Assembly (NCBI RefSeq): GCF_009914755.1
Contig: NC_060926.1
Reading direction: 5' to 3' (one strand)
DNA from: the human T2T-CHM13v2.0 reference genome, Homo sapiens
DNA: 64,000 nt
Part shown: positions 29,062-44,071 of the stretch, one piece after another
Position numbering within the stretch: position 1 is the stretch's first letter
How the letters are laid out: every line of letters begins with the position of its first letter
Position numbers and translations under genes: made by a program
Notes under the pieces: model-generated
What the model was told of the DNA's origin: nothing
Seen by the model: the letters and a program-made list of their open reading frames with translations, nothing else
Databases searched by the model: none

Positions 29062-30796
29062 TGAGACCTGATTCGTCTAAGCTCTCCTGGGCCTTTGTTC
29101 AGGATTCTATGGTCCTAGGTTTGAGGCATATGTGGTTACCTAGAGCTCTTTGACTGGAACTTGAAACTTGCTTGTGAAAGGGAACTCAGAGATGTATGCC
29201 CAGGGACTTTTTGGCCTCTGAAAAGACTTTCTAGTCTCTAGAAAGCCCAGAGAAGCAGGCCCTGGTGAGCTGCATTCAGAGAGCCAGTCAAGGTTCTTTT
29301 TAAAGCATGAATTATTCTGCTTTGTGGTACCTGAACTGAAGAATGAATTAATGGTCTTAAATTGAAAGCATCACATTCACATGGTAAAGGGCTTTGTATC
29401 TGGATGCAGCACAACATCAGAACATAAAATACACTGGATTTTTTAAAAGTTGTATACAAGATGTTGGGATTGACATTATAAGTTCTGTCCCAAGAGGATG
29501 CAACAATCATAATGGCATATATGTTTAGGTATACTCTTAAACATGGGATAAAGGAGTAAAACTACATATAATACTTATAAATACCTTACAGAGAGGAAGG
29601 AAATAGCAGGTAAGTACACATAAATCAAAGGGAAACAAAAAGCTCTTGTTGGCGCTTTTAATCTTCTTCTCATTGTGCAATTCACTTTTAGCAGTCAGAG
29701 CAACCTTTGCACTACTCCCACAAACTGAAATTTTTTTCTTTGGCCAAACTCATAGTATCCATGAGCCTGATGAAAACCCTTCCAAGTACATAAATTACCC
29801 TTAACAACGGTACAAAAATAAAACACTGCTGACCCACTGTGCATACACCCATCCATCTTTTTAGCTATTACCCCAAGTCAAAACAGCCCACTCTTTACCA
29901 CAATCAGAACCACAACCACTGCCTGGAATGACAGGTTTTATGATCAGCCTTCCACTTTCTTCATGAATAATATTCTCAGAGGTCATCTAAATCAAATGCA
30001 TACAGTTTTATCACATTCACTGCTTTTTAAAAATCTGTTTATAGTTCACCTCGCCAGTGAACATTTTGGGGTAGCATGGGTTTTCCCTGTGGTAGGCTGA
30101 TGAAACCCCAAACTAACTAAATCTAGGGCCTTCCACTTTACCACAGAAGGTGGCCAAGAAAGAAGAGCCAGGCTTCTACTGTATCTGGCCACAAACCAGT
30201 CCTATAACCCCAGGCGATTGTCACCATGTGCCACACATGGTTAACCAATCCAATCAGTCACTTTTCCTACAGGAAAAGCAAAATAAGGAACAGATCCCAC
30301 CATTGGTAGAGACATTACGTCTATATCCAGAAGACAGCCTGTACTCAGACACAGCAGCTGTGGATATAGGCTCCTCATCTCTCTCAGTTGCATACATTTC
30401 ACACCCTATAGGTCCATTCCGTGTAGCTAAGTTACTGGCTACTCAAAAGGCAACCAAAAAACAAGGTTATTTTGGTATAACAGAAAGAGTACATCTAACA
30501 CCCTTGACAAGCCCTGCACTCTTGGGTTCAAATTCTAGCTCTGTAACTGCCTTGCTCTCTGAACCTCAATTTCCTCAACGGGCAAATGAGGGTGATAACA
30601 CCTCTTCTCAGAGTCACTGTAAGTAAAATGACCAGTTCAATACTTGGCAGAAAGACGGGGCTCAACAAAGGTTGGTCTACTTCCTACTGACTTCTCTGCT
30701 CAGAACACTTTCTTTCTTGTTTTCTGCATTCCTGGGTCAAAATCTACTTCTTAATAAATTCCTTAAACTGCCTAACCAATTTTAATAAGCTACTAC

Positions 30797-30814
30797 TGTC
30801 TAGCTTGTTAAAAT

Positions 30815-30856
<42 letters not shown>
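30797..30856. repeat. (TG)n microsatellite
   Basis: Long TG run. Confidence 0.95.
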
Positions 30857-30857
<1 letters not shown>

Positions 30858-30885
30858 TGGTATTAAATTTAATATCCCAAGTTTA

Positions 30886-31046
30886 ATTTTGCTACTCAAA
30901 ATGTGATCTACAGACCAGCAGCAGTGGCATTATCTGGAAGACCATTTGGAAGTCGGACTCTCAGGCCTCACCTCAGATTTACTGAAATCAGAATTTATAT
31001 GATAGCCAAGTGATATGTTTACATCTTAAAGTTTTAGAAACACTGT
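30886..31046. mobile_element. MER5A (hAT-Charlie)
   Basis: gctactcaaaatgtg...cagaccagcagca...ctcaggcctcacctcagatttactgaa...aaagttttagaaacactg. Confidence 0.8.
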
Positions 31047-31129
31047 TCTATAACACACATGGACAGTCAATAAGTCAGAGCCTAGGCTCTGTACTTAAGG
31101 AATCAAGGGTGGTGCTTCTGCTTACAGGA

Positions 31130-31290
31130 CATTTTGCTTACAGTGACTCTGAGAAGACGTGTTATCACCCTCATTTGCAAGTTGAGGAAATTGAGGTTCA
31201 GAGAGCAAGCAAGGCAGTTACAGAGCTAGAATTTGAACCCAAGAGTGCAGGGCTTGTCAAGAGTGATAGATGTGCTCTTTCTGTTACACC
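31130..31290 (-). mobile_element. MIR
   Basis: catttgcaagttgaggaaattgaggttcagagag...agagctagaatttgaacccaag. Confidence 0.75.
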
Positions 31291-32867
31291 AAAATAACCT
31301 TGTATTTTGGTTGGTGGCACTTCTGCTGTTGGTGATGTTCTATGAATCTACTTCATAAAGCACCTTACTTACTGGAAGAAAGCAACTACAACCGCAGCAT
31401 TTTCTTTCACTGGAAGAACAGACTGATTGCAAACTTCTTACTTTGTATTTTTAGAGGTTAACAAATGATGCCCTAAGTACACTGGCTTCAAAGCAATATT
31501 TAAATTTTCTATATTAATGCAATCTTTGTTTTATATAATGGATACTTTGAATATAATGAGTAGTATCAGCATTCTGATTATATGTAAACTAAGCAACATT
31601 TTGGAAAGGTACTTTCAGGTACCACTGAAAGGTACTTTCAATGTAGTAATTTATTATTTCTAGGATGCAATGAACAACAGACTGAGTAGTAAAAAGCTTC
31701 CACAAATTCAATGTTCTTAAGACAGAGCACAGGTTCTAAAGCAAATCTCTGTTTCTAATGTAAACTGCAATTCTGTGCACATGCCTTTCCTCCTTGCATC
31801 AACTTTCTGAAAACATTTCTTAGTTCTTTCCACTTATTCATGAAAGAACAATTTTTAAGGCCCCTGAAAGTAAAATTTACCACCCAAATTCCTAAAATGA
31901 ATCACCAAATGCCAGATGAAGGAGACTGGTAACTTTGTATATCAGGAAACAAAAACCAGTCTGCCTGAGTCATCTCTGTGATCAAAGATAACACAGCCAC
32001 AGCCAAGGCTTGGCGCAAACAAATAGCTCTGCAAGCGCATGCCAGAACCTCATGTTTAATGGTTTTCTCACATTAAAATGCATAAGTCAGCTCTGTGAAA
32101 CAAGGAAGTGAAACCTAGGACACTACATACATAAGAAATACTCTCTTGAGTTTGGTTTCTTACCCTTCTGCTCCAAATCCACTTCAATTTTTGGTAGAAA
32201 CACAAAAATGAAGGTACTGTTTTGTCAAGAGCTAAGCAGAAAGGTAATAGCTAACTAATATGATAGGCTTCTGAAAGGTTTCATGAGAAAATTTTAATAC
32301 TTCTTGGAGGCCTACATATTTAGGCCTTTGATCCAAAATGAACAAAGTAATCAGAAGACGGCAAATGCCTGAAAAGATGTAACACAAGAAGTGGTAATAG
32401 GCTCTAAAAGAAGAGAACCCTGTTATATTATTTCATGAATACTCTATATTCATGGCTTTTTTCAGGTACTACAAACGTAAAAGAGAAGACGAGTGGGAAT
32501 TCATGCCACATGGCATTACCATTTACATGCCACCCATTGCACCGCCTCGCAGACTCTTCCAGAGTGAAGAGGCAGATGTCCTGACATCCTCTCGAACCCG
32601 TGGACAGAAGATACATACCAGAACCAAGCCTGCTCCGTGCTAGCCAGGCTCAACACAGGAATAACGCAAACATGGGGCTATGTCTTTCAAAAGGAGTATC
32701 TCCTATCAACACCATCCACCTGCCTTGGAGCAGACAGGGCTCAAAGAAAACATTACTTACACAGGTTCTAATGAGATCCTGTACCCACAATATAAGCACC
32801 TTACTCTGAAACACTGGGGGCAATGGCAGGAAAACCCAGGCCTCTGCTTTCACAAGACCCCTCCCAA

Positions 32868-32871
<4 letters not shown>

Positions 32872-32919
<48 letters not shown>

Positions 32920-33054
32920 CAAGTTATATATATATACACGCACACACACAATAGTTATATACAAAAGTTTTACATATAATATATATAATAGTTATATATA
33001 TAATAGTTTTTAATATATACAATAGGTTTACATATATAAAAAAATATATAATAT
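32872..33054. repeat. (TG)n followed by AT-rich (TA)n low-complexity tract
   Basis: Direct reading. Confidence 0.9.
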
Positions 33055-33357
33055 GGCCGGGCGCGGTGGCTCATGCCTGTAATCCCAGCACTTTGGGAGA
33101 ATGAGGTGGGCGGATCACAAGGTCAGGAGATCGAGACCATTCTGGCTAACACAGTGAAACCCCATCTCTACTAAAAATACAAAAAATTATCCAGGCGTGG
33201 TGGCGGGTGCCTGTAGCCCCAGCTACTCCGGAGGCTGAGGCAGAAGAATGGCGTGAACCTGGGAGGGGGAGCTTGCAGTGAGCCGAGATCGCGCCACTGC
33301 ACTCCAACCCAGGCGACAGAGCGAGACTCCGTCTCAAAAAACAAACAAACAAACAAA
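33055..33357 (+). mobile_element. AluY ~120 bp downstream (transcript sense) of the 132-nt exon; antisense in the pre-mRNA
   Basis: ggagatcgagaccat..tggctaacac, gaatggcgtgaacc, gagcttgcagtgagccgagatcgcgcc; many intact CpGs. Confidence 0.95.
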
Positions 33358-33479
33358 TAATATATATATATAAAATATATATGATATATATAAAATAGTT
33401 TCTGAAATAAGAAGAAGATAAAATATTCCCGTAAAACTCCCACGCCAACCTAGACAATTTCTACACAGCATGACACTAC

Positions 33480-33611
33480 CTCATAATGAAGGGAACAAAA
33501 GGTCCCATGCTGAGAGCAGAAGAAGTACCATCCATCGGGGAAGCGTAGAGTCTCTCCAACACCAAAAGTAAGAGAAACATGCTTGGATGACGATTTGGTT
33601 CTCCCATATCA
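33480..33611 (-). CDS. THADA: THADA coding exon, 132 nt, phase 2/2 (probably exon 28): (S)DMGEPNRHPSMFLLLLVLERLYASPMDGTSSALSMGPFVPFIM(R)
   Basis: Acceptor gttgtttcag|TGATATG, donor ATTATGAG|gtagtg; lies in ORF 33476..33769; in frame with both neighbouring exons. Confidence 0.96.
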
Positions 33612-33705
33612 CTGAAACAACAATTATTACACATGAAAGATTTCACATTTAGGTAGTGAAGCACTCCTCCTTCAAACATTTTTCTCATGAAATAATTATG
33701 TATAT

Positions 33706-34100
<395 letters not shown>

Positions 34101-34348
34101 CTACTAGCAAAACAGGGAAATGGGCTTTCGTACAGGATCCTCTTCTCAAAGCTTATCATTTACATAATTAGAGTACGCTATTTTGATTAGAACTGTTCCT
34201 ACAGTAGAGACGTGCCTGTTCCACAGTATGAAATGTGAAACTTTCAACATCCAAATGTATTTAAGAAAGCATGAATAGTCACTAAAGGCCAGAAAAGCAC
34301 ATTAGCATAAACTACTAATGTGAGCAAATGCATCATAACCAGAAGTAA

Positions 34349-34836
<488 letters not shown>

Positions 34837-35267
34837 TAATGGCTTTGCTCTGTGTTTCCAAGAACACTGGCCATTTCTGCTCAGGTAGACAAGAACCATT
34901 TCTGAACACAAGTGATCATATTAGTCAGCTAATCGCTATAGTTTCACAATGGTAAGTTGCAACAAGCCAGTAATAAAAAATGACAGGTATGCATAAAGCA
35001 AACTCAATATGTAAACACAGATTTTTTTAAAAATAGGAAGAAAATAATTCATAACAGAAGAAATCACCATGTGATTCCTAGTTTCTGTACCACCGAAAAT
35101 GGAATTAAGTTTGATAAAATTTAACATAAAATAGCATTTTTAAAATATAAAGACAGGATTTTACACAACTTTTCAGGTACAAATTTACTACAGAGAACCA
35201 AGCAATATGATATAATTACAAAAAAGCACTTTAATAAAAAAGCCAATTTTATGCAAGGAAGCAGTCT

Positions 35268-35471
35268 GACCGTGCACAGTGGCTCAAGCCTGTAATCCCC
35301 ACACTTTGGGAGGCCCAGGTGGGCAGATTGCTTGAGCTCAGGAGTTTGAGACCAGCCTGGGAAACATGACGAAACCCCATCTCTACAAAAAATACAAAAA
35401 TGGGCAAGGAGTGGTGGCCACCACTGTACTCCAGCTTGGGTGACAGGGAAAGACCCTGTCTCAAGGAAAAA
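35268..35471 (+). mobile_element. AluJ-like element with most of the right arm deleted
   Basis: Left arm intact, then gtggtggc joined directly to caccactgtactccagc. Confidence 0.85.
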
Positions 35472-35593
35472 ATTTAAACAAATTTAAAAAAGGGAAGAAT
35501 TTTATTAAAAACAGCTGCCTAGAGGGAAAATCTCAATTACTAAGGTAATTCACATCCTTGAGGTCATTTTGCCCCACCCAATTCTCTTCTTAC

Positions 35594-35683
35594 CTGTCTA
35601 CTGTATTGGCTACAGTTTCCAACTGTTTGAGAAGAAAAGGATAGAGTTCTGGGAAACGAGAGAAAAACTCTCTCCCTGTCATT
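35594..35683 (-). CDS. THADA: THADA coding exon, 90 nt, phase 2/2 (probably exon 27): (R)MTGREFFSRFPELYPFLLKQLETVANTVD(S)
   Basis: Minus-strand acceptor tttttcctccttctttcacag|AATGACA and donor GTAGACAG|gtaaga; open frame; not captured by the ORF track. Confidence 0.96.
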
Positions 35684-36066
35684 CTGTGAAAGAAGGAGGA
35701 AAAAATTTATTATCATTTATTCCCTTTGATCTGACAATAAAGCCTTTTTTTAAAAAAAAGGAAGATAAGTACGGTTGTTTGGATATTTAATTAAATACAG
35801 TTAAAAACAGAATCTACAGCATCTTAAGAATTTAACAATCAACACAAATGGTAATTCTGATTTCTGAAGTGCTCTCAATCCATGAACTTTTATCTCAAAA
35901 TTTAAGATTATGTATGTTTACAAATATTTGATATTAAATTTTATCAGGGAAGAAATATGTAATCTGTGCCAATGCCAAGTTTCCACAACTGATTTGGACT
36001 ATAAGTAGAGTCAACACCAGATTGACTGAGACTGACTCAGCTTCAGTGATAAGGACAGGTCTAGAA

Positions 36067-36289
36067 CAAGCGTTCCCAACCCTGGCACCAATGACAGTTT
36101 GGACCAAATAACTCTTTGTTTCAGGGGACTGTCCTACACATTGTGGGATGTTTAGCAGCCTCCGTGGCTTCTACCCACTAGATGCCAGCAGCACAACACC
36201 CCTCCCCAACAATCATGACAATGAAAATGTCTTTAGACATTGCCAAATATACCTTGTGGGACAAAATGGCCCCTGATTGAGAACCACTG
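36067..36289 (+). mobile_element. MER20 (hAT-Charlie)
   Basis: gatgtttagcagcctccgtggcttctacccactagatgccagcagcac...aatgtctttagacattgccaaat...ttgagaaccactg. Confidence 0.9.
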
Positions 36290-36778
36290 GTTTGGAGTAT
36301 GGTTATGAGAAGTACAGTCTTGGCATGTGAAGTTCTGGAAATCTAATCCTTGCTGAACTTGTAAGAATTATCTTTTTCAACTTTATAAAAACTTCTCTTG
36401 AACTACGAAAGTAGAATAGTTCCTCAGGCTGCACCACTGACCAAAAAGCTCAAGCTAAATATGGCATTTAGGAACAAACTGTCTCCATAACTATTAAAGA
36501 ATTACTCCGAAGGGGTGACATAAATATTCCCTAACCTACCCATTTTTATCAGCTCTACATGTTATGTTCCTATTAATTGAAATCCAGAATATCACATTTT
36601 AAAAAAACTGAAACGTTTTTACACACAGCAAAATGCTGTGATCAAGTGTACCATTCAACCCACAAATACATACACTCGTAATCCACACCCCTATCAAGAC
36701 TCAGAAAATTTCCATCATCCCATAAAGATCCCCCATGCCCCTTCCCAGCAAACTCCCGCCCCACAAAGGAACCTCTGA

Positions 36779-37530
<752 letters not shown>

Positions 37531-38623
37531 AATTTTTTGTACTTTTATTGGAGACGGGGTTTCACCGTGTTAGCCAGGATGGTCTCGATCTCCTGACCTT
37601 GTGATCCGCCCACCTCAGCCTCCCAAAGTTCTGGGATTACAGGCGTGAGCCACTGTGCCCAGCAATAATACGTTTTTTTGGCTTGCTTTTTTCACTCAGC
37701 ACAGAGTTTATGAAATTTATCCATGTTATTCAATATATCAATAGTCTGGTTCTTTTTCTGTTGAGTAGTATTCCATTATATGAATCTGTAAGTTTGTTTA
37801 TTAATTCTCCTCTTGACAGGCATGGGTTCTTTACCTTTTTTTTTTTTTTACTATTATGAATAAAGCTGCTATAAAATTCTAATATAAGACTTTTTAAGGA
37901 CACGTTTTCATTTCTCCTGGATTAATATCCGAGAATAAAACTGTAACATGTCTAACCATTTAGGAAACTGACAGTTTCCTGAAATAATTATACCATTTTA
38001 CACTCCCAACAGTAAGGTAGATTTCTGATGGAGATTTCTACAGTCCTTTGAACATTTGCTGTTGTTTTGTTTTTCCTTCCTTTGTAGCCATCCTTGTGGG
38101 TATGCAACAGTGTATCTCCCATGATTTTGATTTGCATTTCCTTGACGACTAATGACGTTGAGCACTTTTCATGTGCTTTGGTCATTATTATGACCCTTTG
38201 TGAAGGATCTCTTCAAGATTTTTGCTCATTTTTAATAGGTTGCTTTTCCTTGGTCATATATATGCATGGCATATACCTTCTTCTAGTCTGTGGCTTGCCA
38301 ACTTATTTAATAATGTCTTTTGATGAGGAGAATTTTAAAATTTTTGACAAAGTTCACTATTTAATCAATTTTTTTCTTTATGATTCATGCTTTCTATGCC
38401 TAAGAAATCTCTACCTACCTAAGAAAGATATCGTATATCTTCCTCTAGAAGCTTTATGGTTTTAGCTTTTACATTGAGGTCTATGATCCATTTAAAATTA
38501 ATTTTTGTGTATAGTGTGAGATAGAGGTCAAGGTTCTTTTTTTCCACATTGGTATTTCATATTTTTAATCGGGAGATTTTTTTTGGAAAAAAAAAATGAT
38601 ATGCCTTAAAAAGGAGATGTGCT

Positions 38624-38944
<321 letters not shown>

Positions 38945-38978
38945 TCATAGATGAGAGGATTCCATATTATAAAGATGA

Positions 38979-39364
<386 letters not shown>

Positions 39365-39675
39365 TGAGAAGTAGATTTTAAATTGTATATAGACACATCA
39401 AGGGCCAAGAGTAAGAGTAGCAAAGATAATCTTAAAGAAGAACAAGGTTGGAGGACTCACCCAGATAGCTAAAAAAAACCATAACACTCATGTAATTAGG
39501 ACTATGAGTACAAGTAAGCCAATAAAATAGCATAGAAAGCACAGGAGCAGACATATATTAATACACGTATAAAACTTGATTTGTGTAAGAGCTAATACTG
39601 CAGATCACAGAGAAACGTAGTGTGGTAACTGATTATCCACACAGACAAAATTACAATTGGATCCCAAGCTCCCAC

Positions 39676-40481
39676 TGATATGAGAAGAGGGCAGGGAAGT
39701 GCTGGGAGGAGAAGGGCTGGTTCCTGGCGAAGGAGGCTCTGTCTCCGGCCTGTGCCCACGGACCTAGGTGAAGACAGGCACTCCTGCCTTCGTGCCCAAA
39801 TGCTGCATTTCCCAAGACCACCCTGGCCCGCCATGCCCCCAACCTGTACCTATAAAATCCCCCAAGACCCTAGCACGCAGGCACACAAGCGGCTGGATGA
39901 CAAGAGGGGCACATGGGCGGAGGAACACACAAGCGGCTGGATGGCAGGAATACACCAACAGGCACCAGCAGGCCATCGACTGGCGAAACAATGAGGAGTT
40001 TGGCCAGGGCAGTCAGAAAAGAGACAGGCCGCCGAGTGGCCCAAATCCAGCGGAAAACCATCTCCCTTCTGGTTCCCCCATCTGCTGAGAGCTACTTCCA
40101 ATCAATAAAACCCTGGACTAATTCTCCAAGCCTACGTGTGATCAAATTCTTCCGGTATATCAAGGCAAGAACCCTGGGATACAGAAAGCCCTCTGTCCTT
40201 GCAACAAGGCAAGGGGGTCTAATTGAGCTGACTAACACAAGCTGCCTATGGACAGCTAAACTGAAAGAGCACTCTGTAACACACACCCACTGGGGCTTCA
40301 GCCGTAAACATTCACCCCTCGACACTGCTGTGGAGTGGGAGCCCCACAGCCTGCCTGTCTGTATGTTCCCCTACAGGTTTGAGCAGCTGGGCGCTAAGAA
40401 GCGAGCTACAATCCCATCACACACCTTGTGAGGGGGACTCACACACCCTGCAAGGGGGACAAGGGAACTTTTCCTGTTTCA
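39676..40481 (+). mobile_element. Solo LTR of the LTR1 (HUERS-P2, ERV1) family
   Basis: TG...CA ends (tgatatg...ggcagggaagtgctggg; gggaacttttcctgtttca), 4-bp TSD ccac/ctac, TATA cctataaaa ~39849, AATAAA 40104. Confidence 0.85.
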
Positions 40482-40547
40482 CTACTACGTATACAAATTA
40501 AATTCCATTGACTTCAAGGCTTTAAAACAGCATAAACAAATAGCCAG

Positions 40548-41156
40548 GGCCAGGCGCAGCGGCTCACGACTGTAATCCGAGCACTTTGGGAGGCCCAGGT
40601 GAGAGGATCACCTGAGGTCGGGAGTTCAAGACCAGCCTGACCAACATGGAGAAATCCCATCTCTACTAAAAGAAGAATACAAAATTAGCCAGGCATGGTG
40701 GTGCACGCCTGTAATCCCAGCTACTCAGGAGGCTGAGGCAGGAGAATCACTTGAATCTGGGAGGTGGAGGTTGAAGTGAGCCAAGACTGCACCATTGCAT
40801 TCCAACCTGGGCAACAAGAGACTCCTGGAAGGAAGGGAGGAAGGAAGGGAGGGAGGGAAGGAGGGAGGGAGGGAGGGCTGAGCAAGGTGGCTCATGCCTG
40901 CAATTCCAGCACTTTGGGAGGCTGAGGCCAGCAAATTACTTGAGTTCAAGAGTTCGAGACCAACCTGGCCAACATGGTGAAATCCTGTCTGTACTAAAAA
41001 TACAAAAATTAGCCAGTTGAGGTAGCATCTGCCTGTAATCCCAGCTACTTAGGAGGCTGATGCGACAGAATCGCTTGAACCTGGGAGGCAGAGGTTACAG
41101 TGAGCTGAGATCGTGTAACTGTACTCCAGCCTGGGCAAGAGTGAGAACTTGCCACC

Positions 41157-41189
<33 letters not shown>

Positions 41190-41193
41190 AAGA
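40548..41193 (+). mobile_element. Two head-to-tail AluS copies separated by a GGAA/GGGA tract
   Basis: Alus at about 40548-40824 and 40876-41193. Confidence 0.92.
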
Positions 41194-41229
41194 AATGCAT
41201 GAGGGTTTTTTTTTTAACCTATTTTGAAA

Positions 41230-43016
41230 ATTTGGGATTCTGCCCTGAGCATTCCTGGCATAATGCTTCTTTCTTTCTTTCCCCTAATGACAAATCCAGG
41301 CAGCCTAGTTAGTACACCTTCCATGTGGCAGCCTGGCCAAAAGAGCCCTAGGAAATTCTAACTTAATTCTATTTAGCCACCTGGATTCTCTTAAAAGGAT
41401 TAACCTAGTTCTAAATCATAAGATAATGACTACTTGCTTGAGTACACAGCTTGTTGAGTCTTCCTAAAGTGGCCCATGAGTACATAAAGGGTCTCTGTAA
41501 AATTTATAAAAATGCCTTGTTTCTCTTGTACCTGACTATTCTAGACAAAACGTCTGGTTGCAAGTAGGGAGCAACTGGAAAAAAGACAAAGTTATAAATA
41601 TTGAAATGGGAGAACTGATTTTGAGGAAGTAGAGAGAATAACCTTGACACCTGGGAAGAGACTATCTCAGACCCCGGGAGGTACAATGGGAGGAAGAACA
41701 TAAATGGTGTCTGTTTTTTGAAATTGCCCCAAGAGCCTTCCTCACCAAGGAAAATGCTCTGCTCTTCCCCCAAACTGTCATGAGCACATTAAATTTAACC
41801 AACTGCTGGGTCTGTGAGCCTCCCTCAGATGACCTGAAGCACAATTTGATTGCTTTCCCCTTAACCTTACTGAGAAGCCTATCAGAAACTATATGTTATG
41901 GCCTTGGCTCCAAGCACCTGTCAATATCTCTGAATGTCCTTCCCTTTTCTGTAGCCATAGCTCAATCATTTCAAGGGACAGCTGAATGCCACTCAGCTGT
42001 TGGTGTGGGCAGAACTGGATAGGTTGGAATGACTGTACTTAAGCAATCCTTCCAAAACCAAGGACTAGAATACATTCTTTGGACTAAACTAGAAACTTTA
42101 AGATTTACCAGCTGATTGTTCAATGGAGGCACTATCAACATATGCTCCTCAACTGACGTAGGGATCTCCCCAAACTGTAAACAAATGCTTTCTTTACAGG
42201 AGTACTAAGTGTGTCCTTGGGACTCTATTTCTTTTGTGAAAGCAGGCATTAACTCTTCCCCCAACCAAACACGGTGATTTGCACCTTAGGGGTGGCTGTA
42301 AGCAAATTTCAAATGTTTAAGGAAATACCACCAGTAGGTCATATAGCTCTCAGATGTCTACGAAGATCTCTCCAAAATGGGGTTATGCTTGGTTATTCAC
42401 AGAAGCTTCCCAGAGATATAAGCAACTCATTATTTTTGCACACCCTGTGGTTGGTTACTCCTGCTATAAGAGTCATTCAATTAAAAACATGGTACAAAAT
42501 TTATCAGCTGATTTTAACTGAGGTAATCACTGATAGCACTTCAGCCCATAAAGCCACTCAGGTTTGCTTCAATTCACAGGGCAAGTCATAACAATATAAA
42601 TGAAAAATTTTCTTAGACTTCCAATCTACAGGTTAAGATAAGATAAGATAAAGTCTGTATAATCACTAATACATTCTGCTGTACCTGGCTTAATGGCTTG
42701 GACTAAATGGAAAGGTCAATACAAAAACTTCAAAAGACAGCCTTTTGAGTTTCTACCATAGACCCTGTTGGTTTCTGGGATTTGTACAAGTGATTGGATC
42801 TGAGATGCTGGGTGGCATAGTTGATGTCAATACTGAAAGCTGAGCTCATCCTGCTGCTTGGTGTCCTACTGGTAGTAACCTTAATTAAATGTTGTATGAG
42901 ACAAACTGAATGGATTTGGTGCCAACTCATCACTTAGATTAATCGAAGGAGCCAACAGTGTGATGTATTCATGGGAGAATTCACTAGAATTTTCACCAGA
43001 AATGGGAGACAGATGC
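41230..43016 (+). pseudogene. Degenerate endogenous retroviral env region
   Basis: NCWVC at 41801-41815, RCLRR furin-like site, CIITNTFCC (CX6CC) at 42656-42682, hydrophobic anchor LILLLGVLLVVTLIKCC; broken by stops and frameshifts. Confidence 0.85.
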
Positions 43017-43160
43017 TGTTGAGAGACAAGATGAGTTACTGCCACTGTGCCACTATTGCAAAGTGAAGCACTGACTGCCTTTTGTTCTGGACTTTCCGGA
43101 CTCTATTCAAGGATGTTTATATAATGAACAGCATTGGAAGATATAGTGTCTCCCTCTGGA
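43017..43160 (+). mobile_element. 5' part of an LTR40-like (ERVL group) 3' LTR
   Basis: tgttgagagacaa...gcactgactgcctttgttctggact...ttcaaggatgttt...ggaagatatagtgtctccctctgga matches my recollection of LTR40a; preceded by a purine-rich tract. Confidence 0.7.
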
Positions 43161-43394
43161 TAATAAAGTTTTTAAATTAAAAATAAAAATACAGGCCACA
43201 AATGGGGAGAACATTTGTATATATATATCTAAGAATTACATAATCAGTATCCAGAATATACAAAGAACTCAAGTGATCACTGAATAAAGGACAAATAATA
43301 TAAAAATGGACACACCTATCAAAATGAAATTCACAGAAAATAAACATAAGTGGTCAAGAAACAGTAGAAAGGATGCTCAACTATACCAAGGGAT

Positions 43395-43712
<318 letters not shown>

Positions 43713-44071
43713 CTATTTTATACCCTCAAATTGGCAAAGACTAATAAGTCTGATAATACCACGTATTGAATCTTTCAGAATACTGTTCATGGAAATGAAA
43801 ATTACTACAGTTCTGAAAAATAATTTAGGATTTTCTTGAAAGTCAGAGATGTGTTTACCTAGTGACTCAAGAATGCTACTCCAAGGTAAATGGCCTAGAT
43901 AAACTCTTGAAAACGGGCATCAGAAGGCTTGTACAAGCATATGCACAGCAGCCACTTGTTCATCAACAAAACATGAGTAAACTGTAGTATAGTAGTCCCC
44001 GTATGTGAGCTTTAAAGAATAATACAATAAACACTTTGGATCTACCACCTAGCTAAAGAAGTGGAACATTA

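Noticed and set aside
30150-30626. 158-aa plus-strand ORF
   Set aside because: GTG start, ends in MIR-like sequence, no recognisable domain
39592-40431. Cluster of overlapping ORFs up to 172 aa
   Set aside because: All inside a GC-rich solo LTR where stop codons are scarce
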